Assembly (NCBI GenBank): GCA_963745835.1
Contig: CAVUZH010000013.1
Span: 320,001 to 384,000 of the forward strand
Origin: an uncultured delta proteobacterium
Lineage (GTDB): Bacteria; Desulfobacterota; Binatia; UBA9968
Direction: 5' to 3'
DNA: 64,000 nt
The notes below the pieces were generated by a model. It saw only the letters and a list, made by a program, of their open reading frames with translations. It ran no database searches and was not told the DNA's origin. The stretch's first letter is position 1. Each line of letters opens with the position of its first letter. Positions 10,418 through 20,223 of this stretch are shown here, in pieces. The position numbers and the translations under genes are program-made.

Positions 10418-10601
10418 TTTTGGTCGATGCTCCGAGCAAAGATGAAAACGGAAAGCGGAAAAGAGAAATTCATCTTTCAGAATTCAGCTTTCATCCTTTC
10501 TTTCCTCGATTGCATTGACACCTGTCGAATGGGCGTGGTACATGCGGCTTGAAACGCCTGATACCGGAGCCACGAAAGATATCGTCTTTCAAGGAGGGGA
10601 A

Positions 10602-11597
10602 ATGGCAGGGGAAAAAATCACAAATATAAAGTCACTCCGGCACATGGCTCTGCTCATCGCGCTGGTCGCATTACCTTCGCCGGCCCGAGCTCAGTCTGAA
10701 ACCGTGAAGCTTGGAGATCTGGCGGCAATTTCCAACGCTGCCGTTTATATCGCCGTCGAGAAGGGATTCTTCAAGGAGCAGGGCGTCGTCACCGACATTA
10801 CCAACTTCGCCTCGGCGGCAAAGCAGGTTCCTGCTCTGGTGGCGGGTGAGCTGGAAGTTTCGGTCGGCTCAGCCAGCGCGGGACTTTTTAACGCCGTCGC
10901 CCAACAAGCGCCGTTTCGCATCGTAGCCGACAAGGGCCAAGCGCGGGAAGGATACGGATTTTCCTTATTGACGGTGCGCAAGGACTTAGTCGATTCAGGA
11001 CAAGTAAAAAGTTTCAGAGACCTTAAAGGAAAAAAGATCGCAATACTGGCCAAGGGCAACATCCAACACTATCTCGTCGGCAAGATGGCCGAAGAGGTCG
11101 GGCTCACAATCAATGACATCGAGCTGACTTTTCTAGATGCCGCTAGCCAGGTGACGGCTTTTGAGACCAAAGCCATTGACGCCGCCTATGCGGTGGAGCC
11201 CTGGGCAGCCCGCTTTGCCGAGCGCGGAGTCGCCGTACCTTTTCGCACTCCCGATCAGGTCAAGGGCCTGGGTCCGGTCCAGGTCGGCGTCATTATCTAT
11301 TCGGGCAAATTCATCAAAGAGCGCAGGCCCGTGGCGCAACGTTGGATGAATGCTTATCTCAAGGCAGCCGAGTTGTTTCATAAGAACGGAACCAAGAATC
11401 CGGAGATCGCGGCGATTTTGGAAAAATACACGAAGGTACCCGCCAAAGTCGTTCAAGCGGCTATTTCGCCGTATCAAGAGCCGCGGGGTAAGCTGCTCGT
11501 GGAAAACCTGGCGGATCAAGCCGAGTGGTTCACCAAGAACGGCATGCAGCAGAAAATCAGCGTTGACAACGCGCTGGACCTGAGTTTTTTGAAATGA
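10602..11597 (+). CDS. NitT/TauT ABC transporter substrate-binding protein
   Basis: AAGGAGGGG RBS, signal peptide, EKGFFKEQG, DLKGKKIA, VEPW. Confidence 0.9.
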   Translation: MAGEKITNIKSLRHMALLIALVALPSPARAQSETVKLGDLAAISNAAVYIAVEKGFFKEQGVVTDITNFASAAKQVPALVAGELEVSVGSASAGLFNAVAQQAPFRIVADKGQAREGYGFSLLTVRKDLVDSGQVKSFRDLKGKKIAILAKGNIQHYLVGKMAEEVGLTINDIELTFLDAASQVTAFETKAIDAAYAVEPWAARFAERGVAVPFRTPDQVKGLGPVQVGVIIYSGKFIKERRPVAQRWMNAYLKAAELFHKNGTKNPEIAAILEKYTKVPAKVVQAAISPYQEPRGKLLVENLADQAEWFTKNGMQQKISVDNALDLSFLK

Positions 11598-11763
11598 AAA
11601 CGGGACACGCCATTTGGGCTTGAATCGTTGCGGCTCCGCGAAGCGGTCAGCCTGTGTTCCTGGTATTTCCTGGATTCCCTCTTGCGCGCTGTCGCCGGCT
11701 CGGCTGGAATGACACAGACCTATGCTGCGAATCTTTCGTAGAGGTCACACTATTTAGGAAGGA

Positions 11764-13158
11764 ATGCCTGTGGCAAAAGATTTAAGGCAATTCTTGAAGG
11801 AGGTGGAAGCAGAGGAGCCGGATCAGATACTGCGAGTGAAGAAGGAAGTTGATCCGCACTTTGAAGTGACGGGAGTGCTCGCCCAATTGGAAAAGGAGCG
11901 AAAATTTCCGATCGTTATCTTCGAGAGGGTGAAAGGCTCGGCTCTGCCGGTCGTAACCAACGTTCATGCCGACGCCCAGCGTTTGTTTCGAGCCATCGGG
12001 CTCAAAAACGGAACGCTGCCGGAATTCATCCGCGAGTACTCCGCCCGGGAGGATTCTCCCATGTCGCCGGTATTGCTCAAAGAAGCGCCCGTACAAGAGG
12101 TCGTCGTTACCGGGAAAGATGTAGACGTGACCCGTCTGCCGATTCTGACTTACCATGAAAAGGATGCCGGCCGATACATAACCGCGGGTTTCGGCATCAT
12201 GCGAGATCCGGACTCAGCGGTGCGCAATGCCGGCATTTACCGGCTCATGGTCCACTCTCAAAATACTTTCGGCGTCCAGCTATCTGAAACCGCGCACGGT
12301 CACTATATTTGGCAAATGTACGAGCGGCAAAATAAGCCCACGCCCATGGCGGTGGCGATCGGGCATCATCCGGCTTTTTATGTCGGTTGCCTTTCCTTTA
12401 CTTCTCTGGAGACCGACGAATTCTCGGTCGCGGGCGGAGTCATGGGCGAGCCCGTAGAGCTGGTGCCCTGCCGGACCATCGATTTAGAAGTTCCGGCTCA
12501 GGCCGAGATCGTGCTCGAGTGCGAGATTCTTCCCCATTTGCGCAAGCCGGAAGCGCCCTTCGGCGAATACCCGGGAACTTACGGACCGCAGCGCAATAAC
12601 CCGATCGTCCAAGTCAAAGCCATCACCATGCGCCGCGATGCGCTCTACCAATCCAGCTTCGTGGGTCACGCCGATAATCTCCTGCTCTCGGGCATCGTTC
12701 GCTCCACGGTCATCATGAAAATAGTAAAGATGGCGTCGCCTAAAGTCCGAGCGGTGCACGTCCCGACGTCAGGCAGGTGCCGTTTCATTTGTTACGTTTC
12801 CATAGAGAAGATCATCGAAGGGGAGCCCAAGAATGCCGCCATGGCAGCGTTTGCCGCCGACCCGTTTCTCAAATACGTTGTCGTGGTAGACCAAGATGTT
12901 GATATCCTGAACGATGAGGAAGTGCTGCACGCGATCGCAACCCGAGTCCGCGCCGATACGGATATCTTCATGGTAACGAATGCCAAGGGTTCACCGCTCG
13001 ATCCCGCGTCTTACGACCCGGCGGGAGGTTCTCATCTTGTGACCAAAATGGGAATCGACGCCACCCGCAAGGCCAACTATCCCGAGGAGATCCGCGTTCC
13101 GGGATCGGAAAACATTAGGCTCGAGGACTACATTCCCGGCTGGCGTTCAACGCATTAG
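11764..13158 (+). CDS. UbiD-family (prFMN-dependent) decarboxylase
   Basis: DLRQFL N-terminus, NAGIYRL, EAPFGEYPG (E-x4-E), VVVDQDVDI, LDP, KMGIDAT. Confidence 0.93.
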   Translation: MPVAKDLRQFLKEVEAEEPDQILRVKKEVDPHFEVTGVLAQLEKERKFPIVIFERVKGSALPVVTNVHADAQRLFRAIGLKNGTLPEFIREYSAREDSPMSPVLLKEAPVQEVVVTGKDVDVTRLPILTYHEKDAGRYITAGFGIMRDPDSAVRNAGIYRLMVHSQNTFGVQLSETAHGHYIWQMYERQNKPTPMAVAIGHHPAFYVGCLSFTSLETDEFSVAGGVMGEPVELVPCRTIDLEVPAQAEIVLECEILPHLRKPEAPFGEYPGTYGPQRNNPIVQVKAITMRRDALYQSSFVGHADNLLLSGIVRSTVIMKIVKMASPKVRAVHVPTSGRCRFICYVSIEKIIEGEPKNAAMAAFAADPFLKYVVVVDQDVDILNDEEVLHAIATRVRADTDIFMVTNAKGSPLDPASYDPAGGSHLVTKMGIDATRKANYPEEIRVPGSENIRLEDYIPGWRSTH

Positions 13159-13342
13159 CGGTCTGTTGAAGAAATTCCATATGCTCGTTGCGTTCAATCG
13201 CCTCACTCCAATCCGTGTTCGTGAAACGTTTCGCGTTGGGTTCAGAATTCTCGATCACGTTTTCACGGACGCGAGCACGCCAATCCGCCTCCCCTCTGGA
13301 CTCTGAGCAGCCAGTGAACGCGGCGGCTTGTTAGCCGTAGAA

Positions 13343-14341
13343 TCAGCCGCGCAGCGCCGGCATGACTTCGCGGGTGAAAAGGTCGAGTGATTGTTGGCAG
13401 GCTTCGCGGCGAATTCCCGGCACCGAGAATCGGCAGACGAGATATTTGATTCCTAATCTTTCTTGGAAGCGAATGATTTCCTCGAGGCAGGTTTTCGGGT
13501 CGCCTAGAATAATCCGGTCTTCGGCAAGTCGCTCGATTGTGAGTTGCCCCCGAGGCCGTTTGACGACGGGGTGCGGCCAGCGGAAGTACATCCTTTCAAA
13601 CGCATTGATAAACGGATCTCCTGCCGCACTGATTGCTTCCTTCGTGCTGCTCGCTACGAAGACGTAGCGAAACAAGGCCACCTCGCCTTCACCCTTTCCC
13701 GTCTCCTCGCAAGCTTTTCGATACAGCTCTGCGCACGGCGCGATCTCTTGGAGATTAGCCGAAGGCCCGACGAACCAGGCATCTCCAAGTCGCGCCACCC
13801 GCCGGATCGCCGGCTCCGCCCAGGCGCCGAACCAGATCGGCGGGCTTGGCCGCTGCACCGGCCGGGGCGCCACCGTGGCATTTTCCAGTTGATAGTATTT
13901 TCCGCGATGAGTGACGTTCTCTTCGGTCCAGAGCCGACGAAGTAGCGCAGCGCTCTCCTCCAGCCTGTCGCCCCGCTCCTTCAGTGAACAACCAAAGGCA
14001 GCGAATTCCTCAGGCGCGTAGCCGGCGCCAACGCCCAGGATCAAGCGCCCGCCGGAAATCATGTCGACCATGGCGCCTTCTTCGGCAACCATCATCGGGT
14101 GATAGAGCGGCAGTAAAAGAACGCCCGTGCCCAAGCGGATGGTTCGTGTGCGGCTGGCAATGGCGGCGAGTCCAATGAGTGGTGCCGGATACAAAACCGG
14201 ATTGTTGTGGTGCTCGCCCAGCCAGATCGAGTCAAATCCGGCGATCTCCGCTCGTTGGCATTCCCGGAGGGTCTCCTCAAAGCTCGCTTGTCCCTGAAGA
14301 GGGCTTAGACCAATTTTAATAGCACGCACCATGTTCATCAC
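13343..14341 (-). CDS. LLM-class flavin-dependent oxidoreductase (luciferase-like)
   Basis: GFDSIWLGEHH, IRLGTGV, SGGRLILGVGAGY, PRPVQRP.PPIW. Confidence 0.92.
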   Translation of the reverse strand: MMNMVRAIKIGLSPLQGQASFEETLRECQRAEIAGFDSIWLGEHHNNPVLYPAPLIGLAAIASRTRTIRLGTGVLLLPLYHPMMVAEEGAMVDMISGGRLILGVGAGYAPEEFAAFGCSLKERGDRLEESAALLRRLWTEENVTHRGKYYQLENATVAPRPVQRPSPPIWFGAWAEPAIRRVARLGDAWFVGPSANLQEIAPCAELYRKACEETGKGEGEVALFRYVFVASSTKEAISAAGDPFINAFERMYFRWPHPVVKRPRGQLTIERLAEDRIILGDPKTCLEEIIRFQERLGIKYLVCRFSVPGIRREACQQSLDLFTREVMPALRG

Positions 14342-14634
14342 TTTCCCTTTTTATAATTGCGCTTTCATTTCACCCTGCAACTTCTCGATTGCGATCATAC
14401 GCCTGTGCTTACCACGGTAAACCAAAGCGTCACAACCGCGACTATTTCAAAACAGAACGGCCTGATTCGCCAAATTGAAACTGTGATTTTTCATCTCACC
14501 CGTATAACTTCGAGGCGCGGCGTGCTATTTTCTCCAAATAGGGCGTCAGACAATGCGCTGGGATTGCAAGCCTCGTTGATGATCCGACTGTTAAGACCGC
14601 GTGATGCCGGCATCGAAATCCATCGGGACTCTGC

Positions 14635-15825
14635 ATGAAAATGATCGATAACCCATTCTGGACCGTCACCTTGCCGGAGATGCTCGACGTCGTCTTTGTC
14701 GCTATTCTCCTCTACACAGCTATTGTTTGGGCGCAACAGACCCGCGCCGCTTTTGTGGTTCGAGGAATTTTAATCCTCGGTTCCATCTACATTATCGCCA
14801 AGTACCTCGATCTGCAGATGACCGCATGGATCTTTCAGGGTTTCTTCGCGATTTTCTTGATCATGATCGTAGTGATCTTTCAGGAGGAATTGCGCCAGTT
14901 ATTCGAGCGCATCGCGGTCTGGAGCCTGGCGCGGAGAACCCCGACTTTGGGTTCGAGCACTTCAGACGTCCTGGTTCGCACCGTAGCCGATCTCGCCAAG
15001 GAACACGTCGGCGCGTTGATCGTCATCCGCGGCAACGATCCGCTCGAGCGACATATCACCGGCGGAATCCCTCTGGACGGCAAAGTAAGCGCGCCGCTGC
15101 TGAAGAGCATTTTCGATCCCCATTCACCGGGGCATGACGGCGCGGTTCTGGTGGACCAAGATAACATCTCGAGATTCGCGGCTCACCTACCGCTATCCAA
15201 GGATCTCAGACAACTTGCCAACGTCGGCACCCGGCACTCGGCGGCTTTGGGATTGGCGGAACTAACCGATGCCCTATGTATCGTCGTGTCCGAAGAGCGC
15301 GGCACAATCTCGGTGGGCAGAGATGGCAAGCTTCGCGAGGTGCAGAATATACAAGAGCTTGGCGCCGTTCTCGAAAACTTTTTGCAAACAAAATTTCCGT
15401 CGTCGACGCAAAACAATATCGCATTGCCGCTTTTTCGCGAGAACTGGATCGCCAAAGCCATCGCCATCGCGCTGGCAATTGGGTTTTGGTACATCTTCGT
15501 GCCCGGTTCTAAGACGGTCGACGTCAGCTATACGGTTCCGGTGAGCGTTGAGAATCTTCCCCCCGATCTTCAAGTCGAAGACATCGAGCCGCCGGTGGTA
15601 AACGCTACCTTTCGCGGACCGCGGCGGGCTTTTTATCTGTTTAATTCGAGTAAGATCAAAGTCGCAATCGACGTTTCCATGGCGGAGCTTGGGCGGCGAA
15701 CCTTCACGATTTCAGAGAAAAACATTCAATATCCGAAAGAGCTCACGTTGCAGGACGTCAGCCCTTCGACCCTCAGGCTGTCGGTGCGAAGGGTTCCAAA
15801 CGCCAATGACACGAACCGCGGCTAG
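14635..15825 (+). CDS. cdaA: Diadenylate cyclase CdaA (3 TM + DAC) fused to a TM helix and a YbbR/CdaR-like domain
   Basis: VIFQEELR, HDGAVLV, GTRHSAALGL, VVSEERG; C-terminal K...IALA..FW helix followed by a YbbR-like beta domain (VPVSVENLPPDL). Confidence 0.85.
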   Translation: MKMIDNPFWTVTLPEMLDVVFVAILLYTAIVWAQQTRAAFVVRGILILGSIYIIAKYLDLQMTAWIFQGFFAIFLIMIVVIFQEELRQLFERIAVWSLARRTPTLGSSTSDVLVRTVADLAKEHVGALIVIRGNDPLERHITGGIPLDGKVSAPLLKSIFDPHSPGHDGAVLVDQDNISRFAAHLPLSKDLRQLANVGTRHSAALGLAELTDALCIVVSEERGTISVGRDGKLREVQNIQELGAVLENFLQTKFPSSTQNNIALPLFRENWIAKAIAIALAIGFWYIFVPGSKTVDVSYTVPVSVENLPPDLQVEDIEPPVVNATFRGPRRAFYLFNSSKIKVAIDVSMAELGRRTFTISEKNIQYPKELTLQDVSPSTLRLSVRRVPNANDTNRG

Positions 15826-15991
15826 CTAATGATCTCCGGCTGATGACGACGCGATTACTTGATCGCTCCGCGCCGAGACCAGCAACACGGCCAATACCGA
15901 TGAAGGGCAGATCTCGGAAGGTAAAAGTGCTTTCGCAATCGTTCCTTTACAGAAGGGATTCAGCGACAACACGGAAAGAAGCAGTGCGCTT

Positions 15992-16624
15992 ATGATCGAG
16001 TTCGAAGGAAGAAAAATACCTGTCGAGTTAAGTGAAATCGTTGACCCGAGCCGCTCGGTACTGCTGGTTTGGGACATGCAAAACGATCAGGCCGGCGGTG
16101 CATTCAACAAACAAGATTTAATACGCAACAGCCCGCCGGTAATTGCCGCAGCCGCTCATAGCCGCATAAAGACGATCTACACGCGACAAACGCCGTTCTT
16201 GTGGAAGGACGAGGCGCCAACCTGGATCCGCCGCGGCATGAAAGATCAAAAGGTCGATGATCCAAGCCAACTGAAACCGCGCCGGCTCCACGGCAGCTTT
16301 GGCTGGCAATTCATGGAACCGTTCAAACCGGATGAGAGCGACGTGGTCATCGACAAGCGGCGACCGACGATGTTTATCGGCAACGAGTTCGAAACGATTC
16401 TCAACAATCGCGGCGCGTCGACTGTGGTGATGATCGGCTGTACGACGGACGGCGGCGTCGAAGCGACGGTTCGCGATGGCCATAATCGCGGTTACTTCAT
16501 GGTTGTCGTGCGCGATTGCGTCGGCACTTATACCGAAGAAGGTCACAATGCCGCGCTTAAACGCATCGAAAGATTCGGCGATCTGGTGGATTCTTCCAAA
16601 TTGATTGATCTCTGGCGGAAATAG
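15992..16624 (+). CDS. Isochorismatase/cysteine hydrolase family protein
   Basis: LLVWDMQND, VIDKRR, GCTTDGGVEATVRDG, VVVRDC. Confidence 0.87.
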   Translation: MIEFEGRKIPVELSEIVDPSRSVLLVWDMQNDQAGGAFNKQDLIRNSPPVIAAAAHSRIKTIYTRQTPFLWKDEAPTWIRRGMKDQKVDDPSQLKPRRLHGSFGWQFMEPFKPDESDVVIDKRRPTMFIGNEFETILNNRGASTVVMIGCTTDGGVEATVRDGHNRGYFMVVVRDCVGTYTEEGHNAALKRIERFGDLVDSSKLIDLWRK

Positions 16625-16632
16625 ACTCGGCG

Positions 16633-17025
16633 GTGGCAATCGACATCAGAGAAATTTTGGCAAAATTTCGTAGCGGCGCCGAAGAAGAAGCTTTTTTCGA
16701 ACTGCTGTAAATGCCGGGCGAGGTCATTCCGTATTTGATCGGCTGCTTTCGCAGCGAGGCGCTTCCGGCAGCGCGAGCTTTCTCGTCGAAGTGGCTTGGA
16801 AGCGCTCGTGACGAGTCGGTCATTCCTTTTCTGGATGAAGCGCATAGGGATTCAGCAGAGGACGTTTGGCAGGAAGCTCTCGACGGTTTGGTGACTCTTG
16901 CCTCCGCCGAATCGTTGGAGGTTCTCCAGTCGGCCAGAAGTCGAGAGTTCGCCGATGGAGCTGCAGAAAAGTGTTTCTGCCTTTGGCTGGAAGAGGCGAT
17001 TGAGCAAGTTGAATTCGAGTTATGA
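16633..17025 (+). pseudogene. Degraded small HEAT-repeat-like protein
   Basis: GTG at 16633 is in frame with ORF 16711, with an in-frame TAA at 16708-16710; helical repeat-like text (VIPFLDEA..D.AEDVWQEALDGLVTL). Confidence 0.45.
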
Positions 17026-17340
17026 ATCGTCAAGGCGGTTCCGCATCGATCATCTCTGTTGGTCAGCACTTTTTCGTTCATATTCTCATGATATCTCTTC
17101 TGGCACAGCGATTCTGCTACCTTGTCCCTCGCCGAAGAAGGCAAGGATGAGGGTGAATTAATTAAATCTCCTCACCTTTGCGAGGGATAGGAAGTAAACC
17201 CAAGCTCACTTGAAGATGCCGCTAAATCTTCGTACCAATTGCTGTTCCTTTGATATCTTTGATCCGGTTGCCAACTCGGCCCTGAACGAGTTAAAAGTGT
17301 CTCAAAAAGTTCGGTGCGGCAAGCCAAAAGGAGATTACCC

Positions 17341-18312
17341 ATGACGCAGTCTGACGGTGCGAAAAAGGCATTGCATGTCGCGACGCTGTCCGGTTGGTAT
17401 CGTTTCGAACAGGACGGCAGGGAGTGGAAACAAACCAAACGCGATCTGTCGTACTGGAGCCTGACCTGTATGTCAGTTGACCCGGAGAATCCGCAGAAGA
17501 TTTACGCGGGCACCGAGCATTCCGGTCTGTTTTACACCGATAATGCCGGAGCGAGTTGGAATCGCGCGCAGCCCAATGTCCCCAAAATGATGTTGTTTGC
17601 CATACTCGCGTTAAATGGGCGAGTTATGGTGGGAACGATTCCATCAGCGGTTTACCGCAGCAGGAACGGCGGCTGGGAAGAATTGGAAGGGGTACGGATC
17701 AACAGCGCGGGGGCGAATTTTCCGCCAAGTCCCGAACTGCAATCACGGACCCGTTATTTGACATTCGATCCCGCTTTTCCCAACCGGATCTATGCCGGAA
17801 TCGAAGTCGGCGGGATGCTCGTTAGTGATGACGACGGTGAGAACTGGCAGCCTGCCAATGAAGGGCTGACCGACATGGATATCCATGAAGTTCTGGCGTC
17901 TAGAAATAGTGCAGGATTGGTGATCGCAGCTTGCGGCGAGGCTGCGTTTCGCAGTTTCGATCGTGCAGCCCATTGGGAAGCTATCACTCCCAAGAGCCAT
18001 GACTACGGCACTTCCGTGGCTGAAGACAACGATGGCGTCGTATATCTCGGCAGCGCCAAAGGACGGCCTAATGGATGGGTTCGTAAAGAGGGCGCCATGG
18101 CCGCTATTTTTCGCAGCCGTGATAAAGGATCCACTTGGGAGAAAATCATCGACAATCTAAAAGGCGGCGTCATGCACATGTGCCCGCTGCCGGACGGCAA
18201 AGGCATGATCGCCGGCACTTCCGACGGGAGTCTGCTGGTTGTCGATGACGCCGGCGCGCGCGAGATTGTCACAGGTCTGCCGTTCGTCACATCGGTCGAG
18301 TTAGCAGCGTAA
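17341..18312 (+). CDS. BNR/Asp-box beta-propeller protein (Ycf48/glycosyl-hydrolase-like)
   Basis: Repeated Asp-box motifs TDNAGASW, SDDDGENW, SFDRAAHW, SRDKGSTW; AGGAG RBS. Confidence 0.75.
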   Translation: MTQSDGAKKALHVATLSGWYRFEQDGREWKQTKRDLSYWSLTCMSVDPENPQKIYAGTEHSGLFYTDNAGASWNRAQPNVPKMMLFAILALNGRVMVGTIPSAVYRSRNGGWEELEGVRINSAGANFPPSPELQSRTRYLTFDPAFPNRIYAGIEVGGMLVSDDDGENWQPANEGLTDMDIHEVLASRNSAGLVIAACGEAAFRSFDRAAHWEAITPKSHDYGTSVAEDNDGVVYLGSAKGRPNGWVRKEGAMAAIFRSRDKGSTWEKIIDNLKGGVMHMCPLPDGKGMIAGTSDGSLLVVDDAGAREIVTGLPFVTSVELAA

Positions 18313-18422
18313 AAACTGCCGCGCGTCATAGTTTCGGGCAGGCTGCAGTAGTCCGTGCAGGCGCCCGCCAATCGGCTATTATCGAAGCGAATATTACTGA
18401 GGCTCCCTGACAAAGGTCCAAG

Positions 18423-19067
18423 ATGAAGCTCTATACATTTTTTCGCAGTTCGGCGTCCTATCGCGTACGCATCGCGCTTAACTTAAAAGGTCTGGATTAT
18501 GAGCAGGCGCCGATACACTTGCGTCGTGGCGGCGGCGAGCAGTTAAAGCCGGCGTACAAGGCGATCAATCCACAGGCTCTAGTGCCGGCGCTGGAAGATG
18601 AGGGGCAAATTTTTTCACAGTCTTTAGCGATTATCGAGTATCTGGAGGAGCGCTATCCAAAACCGCCTTTGCTCCCCAGCGATCCAGCCCAGCGCGCGGT
18701 CGTGCGCAGCATGGCGCTGCTGATTGCCTGCGAGGTGCATCCGATTCAAAATCTTCGGGTGCTGAACCACCTCAAGAGCGATCACAAACAATCCGATGAC
18801 GACACGATCCGTTGGGCACGCCACTGGATCAATCTTGGGCTTTCAGCGCTCGAACAGATGATAATCTCTGTAACCGAACCGGGAGATTTTTGCTTCGGCA
18901 AAACGCCGACCATGGCCGATATCTGCCTAGTGCCGCAACTCGGCAATGCGCGCCGCTTCGGTGTCGATTTGTCAGCGTACCCAAAACTGCTCGCAATCGA
19001 ATCTGCCTGTATGTCCCTTCCTGCGTTTGCCGATGCCGCGCCAGAACACCAACCCGACGCGGAATAG
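18423..19067 (+). CDS. maiA: Maleylacetoacetate/maleylpyruvate isomerase (zeta-class GST)
   Basis: FRSSASYRVRIALNLKG, NPQALVPAL, QSLAIIEYL, IACEVHPIQNLRVL, HQPDAE. Confidence 0.92.
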   Translation: MKLYTFFRSSASYRVRIALNLKGLDYEQAPIHLRRGGGEQLKPAYKAINPQALVPALEDEGQIFSQSLAIIEYLEERYPKPPLLPSDPAQRAVVRSMALLIACEVHPIQNLRVLNHLKSDHKQSDDDTIRWARHWINLGLSALEQMIISVTEPGDFCFGKTPTMADICLVPQLGNARRFGVDLSAYPKLLAIESACMSLPAFADAAPEHQPDAE

Positions 19068-19173
19068 TTAGCAGTCGCGATGATCAGCCGGCAGTTCGTT
19101 TATGTTCTATATGGACGAGCATACTCCAGTTATTGATCTATGCCTTTGCTCTTCAGCCTTCTGATGACCATCG

Positions 19174-19941
19174 ATGTTCGTACTTAAGCAGTTTCTGAAA
19201 GCGCTCGTTCTACCGCCAACGCCATGGCTGCTGATGCTGCTGGCGGTGCTGATATTTTGGCACCGGCGCTGGGCCCGTAAGTTACTTCTGTTGACCTTGG
19301 TGCTGATCACCGCGTTGCACAGCAGCTTGGTTGGTTATGTGTTGCGCTATCCCCTTGAGTCACGCTATGCGCCGCTGCTCGATCCGGGCGCTCTCTCTTA
19401 CGACGCCATCGTGGTCCTCACCGGCAGTATGATCCCGGCCGAAGGGCTGATTCCTTTGTCGACCATCGACGAGCATATGTTTCGCCGTCTCGATGAAGCC
19501 TGGCGTCTTTATCGAATCCAACCCAAGCCGATTATCTTATCCGGCGGGCACGTCAATCCGTTCACCCCTGATAAAGACGAGAACCGGATCGGTCGCGAAT
19601 ATCTGATTCGCTGGGGCGTGCCGAAACACCATGTCCTTGGCGAGGGCAAATCCCGAGATACCTTCGAGAGCGCAACTGAAGTGCAAAAGCTTCTCAAACG
19701 GCGGGGTTGGAAGCGCTACTTGCTGGTTACATCAGCACTGCACATGCCGCGCAGCATGCTGGCATTCGAAGCCAAAGCCCCGGAACCGGTTCCGGCGCCG
19801 GGCGATTACACGCTCGGCAAGCTGCGACTCACACCACTGGATTTTTTCCCGCGCGAAGGCGCCGCTCGCGGCATATACGCAACGGCGCACGAGTACATCG
19901 GCCTCGCGAACTATTACTTGCGGATTCGATTTGATTCGTAG
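19174..19941 (+). CDS. YdcF/ElyC (DUF218) family membrane-anchored protein
   Basis: Two N-terminal TM helices, AIVVL.G, ILSGG, SRDTFESA, LVTSALHMPRS, HEYIG. Confidence 0.88.
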   Translation: MFVLKQFLKALVLPPTPWLLMLLAVLIFWHRRWARKLLLLTLVLITALHSSLVGYVLRYPLESRYAPLLDPGALSYDAIVVLTGSMIPAEGLIPLSTIDEHMFRRLDEAWRLYRIQPKPIILSGGHVNPFTPDKDENRIGREYLIRWGVPKHHVLGEGKSRDTFESATEVQKLLKRRGWKRYLLVTSALHMPRSMLAFEAKAPEPVPAPGDYTLGKLRLTPLDFFPREGAARGIYATAHEYIGLANYYLRIRFDS

Positions 19942-20223
19942 CGCACCGCTGCGATCATCGAACGAACGCAGCCGAACCATTGACTGCTTGGTTCCGATCG
20001 TTATCAAGTAACTGCCGGTTGAAAAACCATCCAGGAGTGATAGCGTCCACGGCTGGCGGGCTATCCCGGGTGCGCCTCGATGCCATCGCTGTACGCGTGG
20101 AACCAGTCGCGCAGTTTGATTCAAATCCGTTAAGCAACCGACACCGATACATTTCTCTCGAACTAGTGACTTTTGAAACCGGCCTCAAACGTTAATCCGA
20201 CCTGATTCGAAACGAGGTGAACC

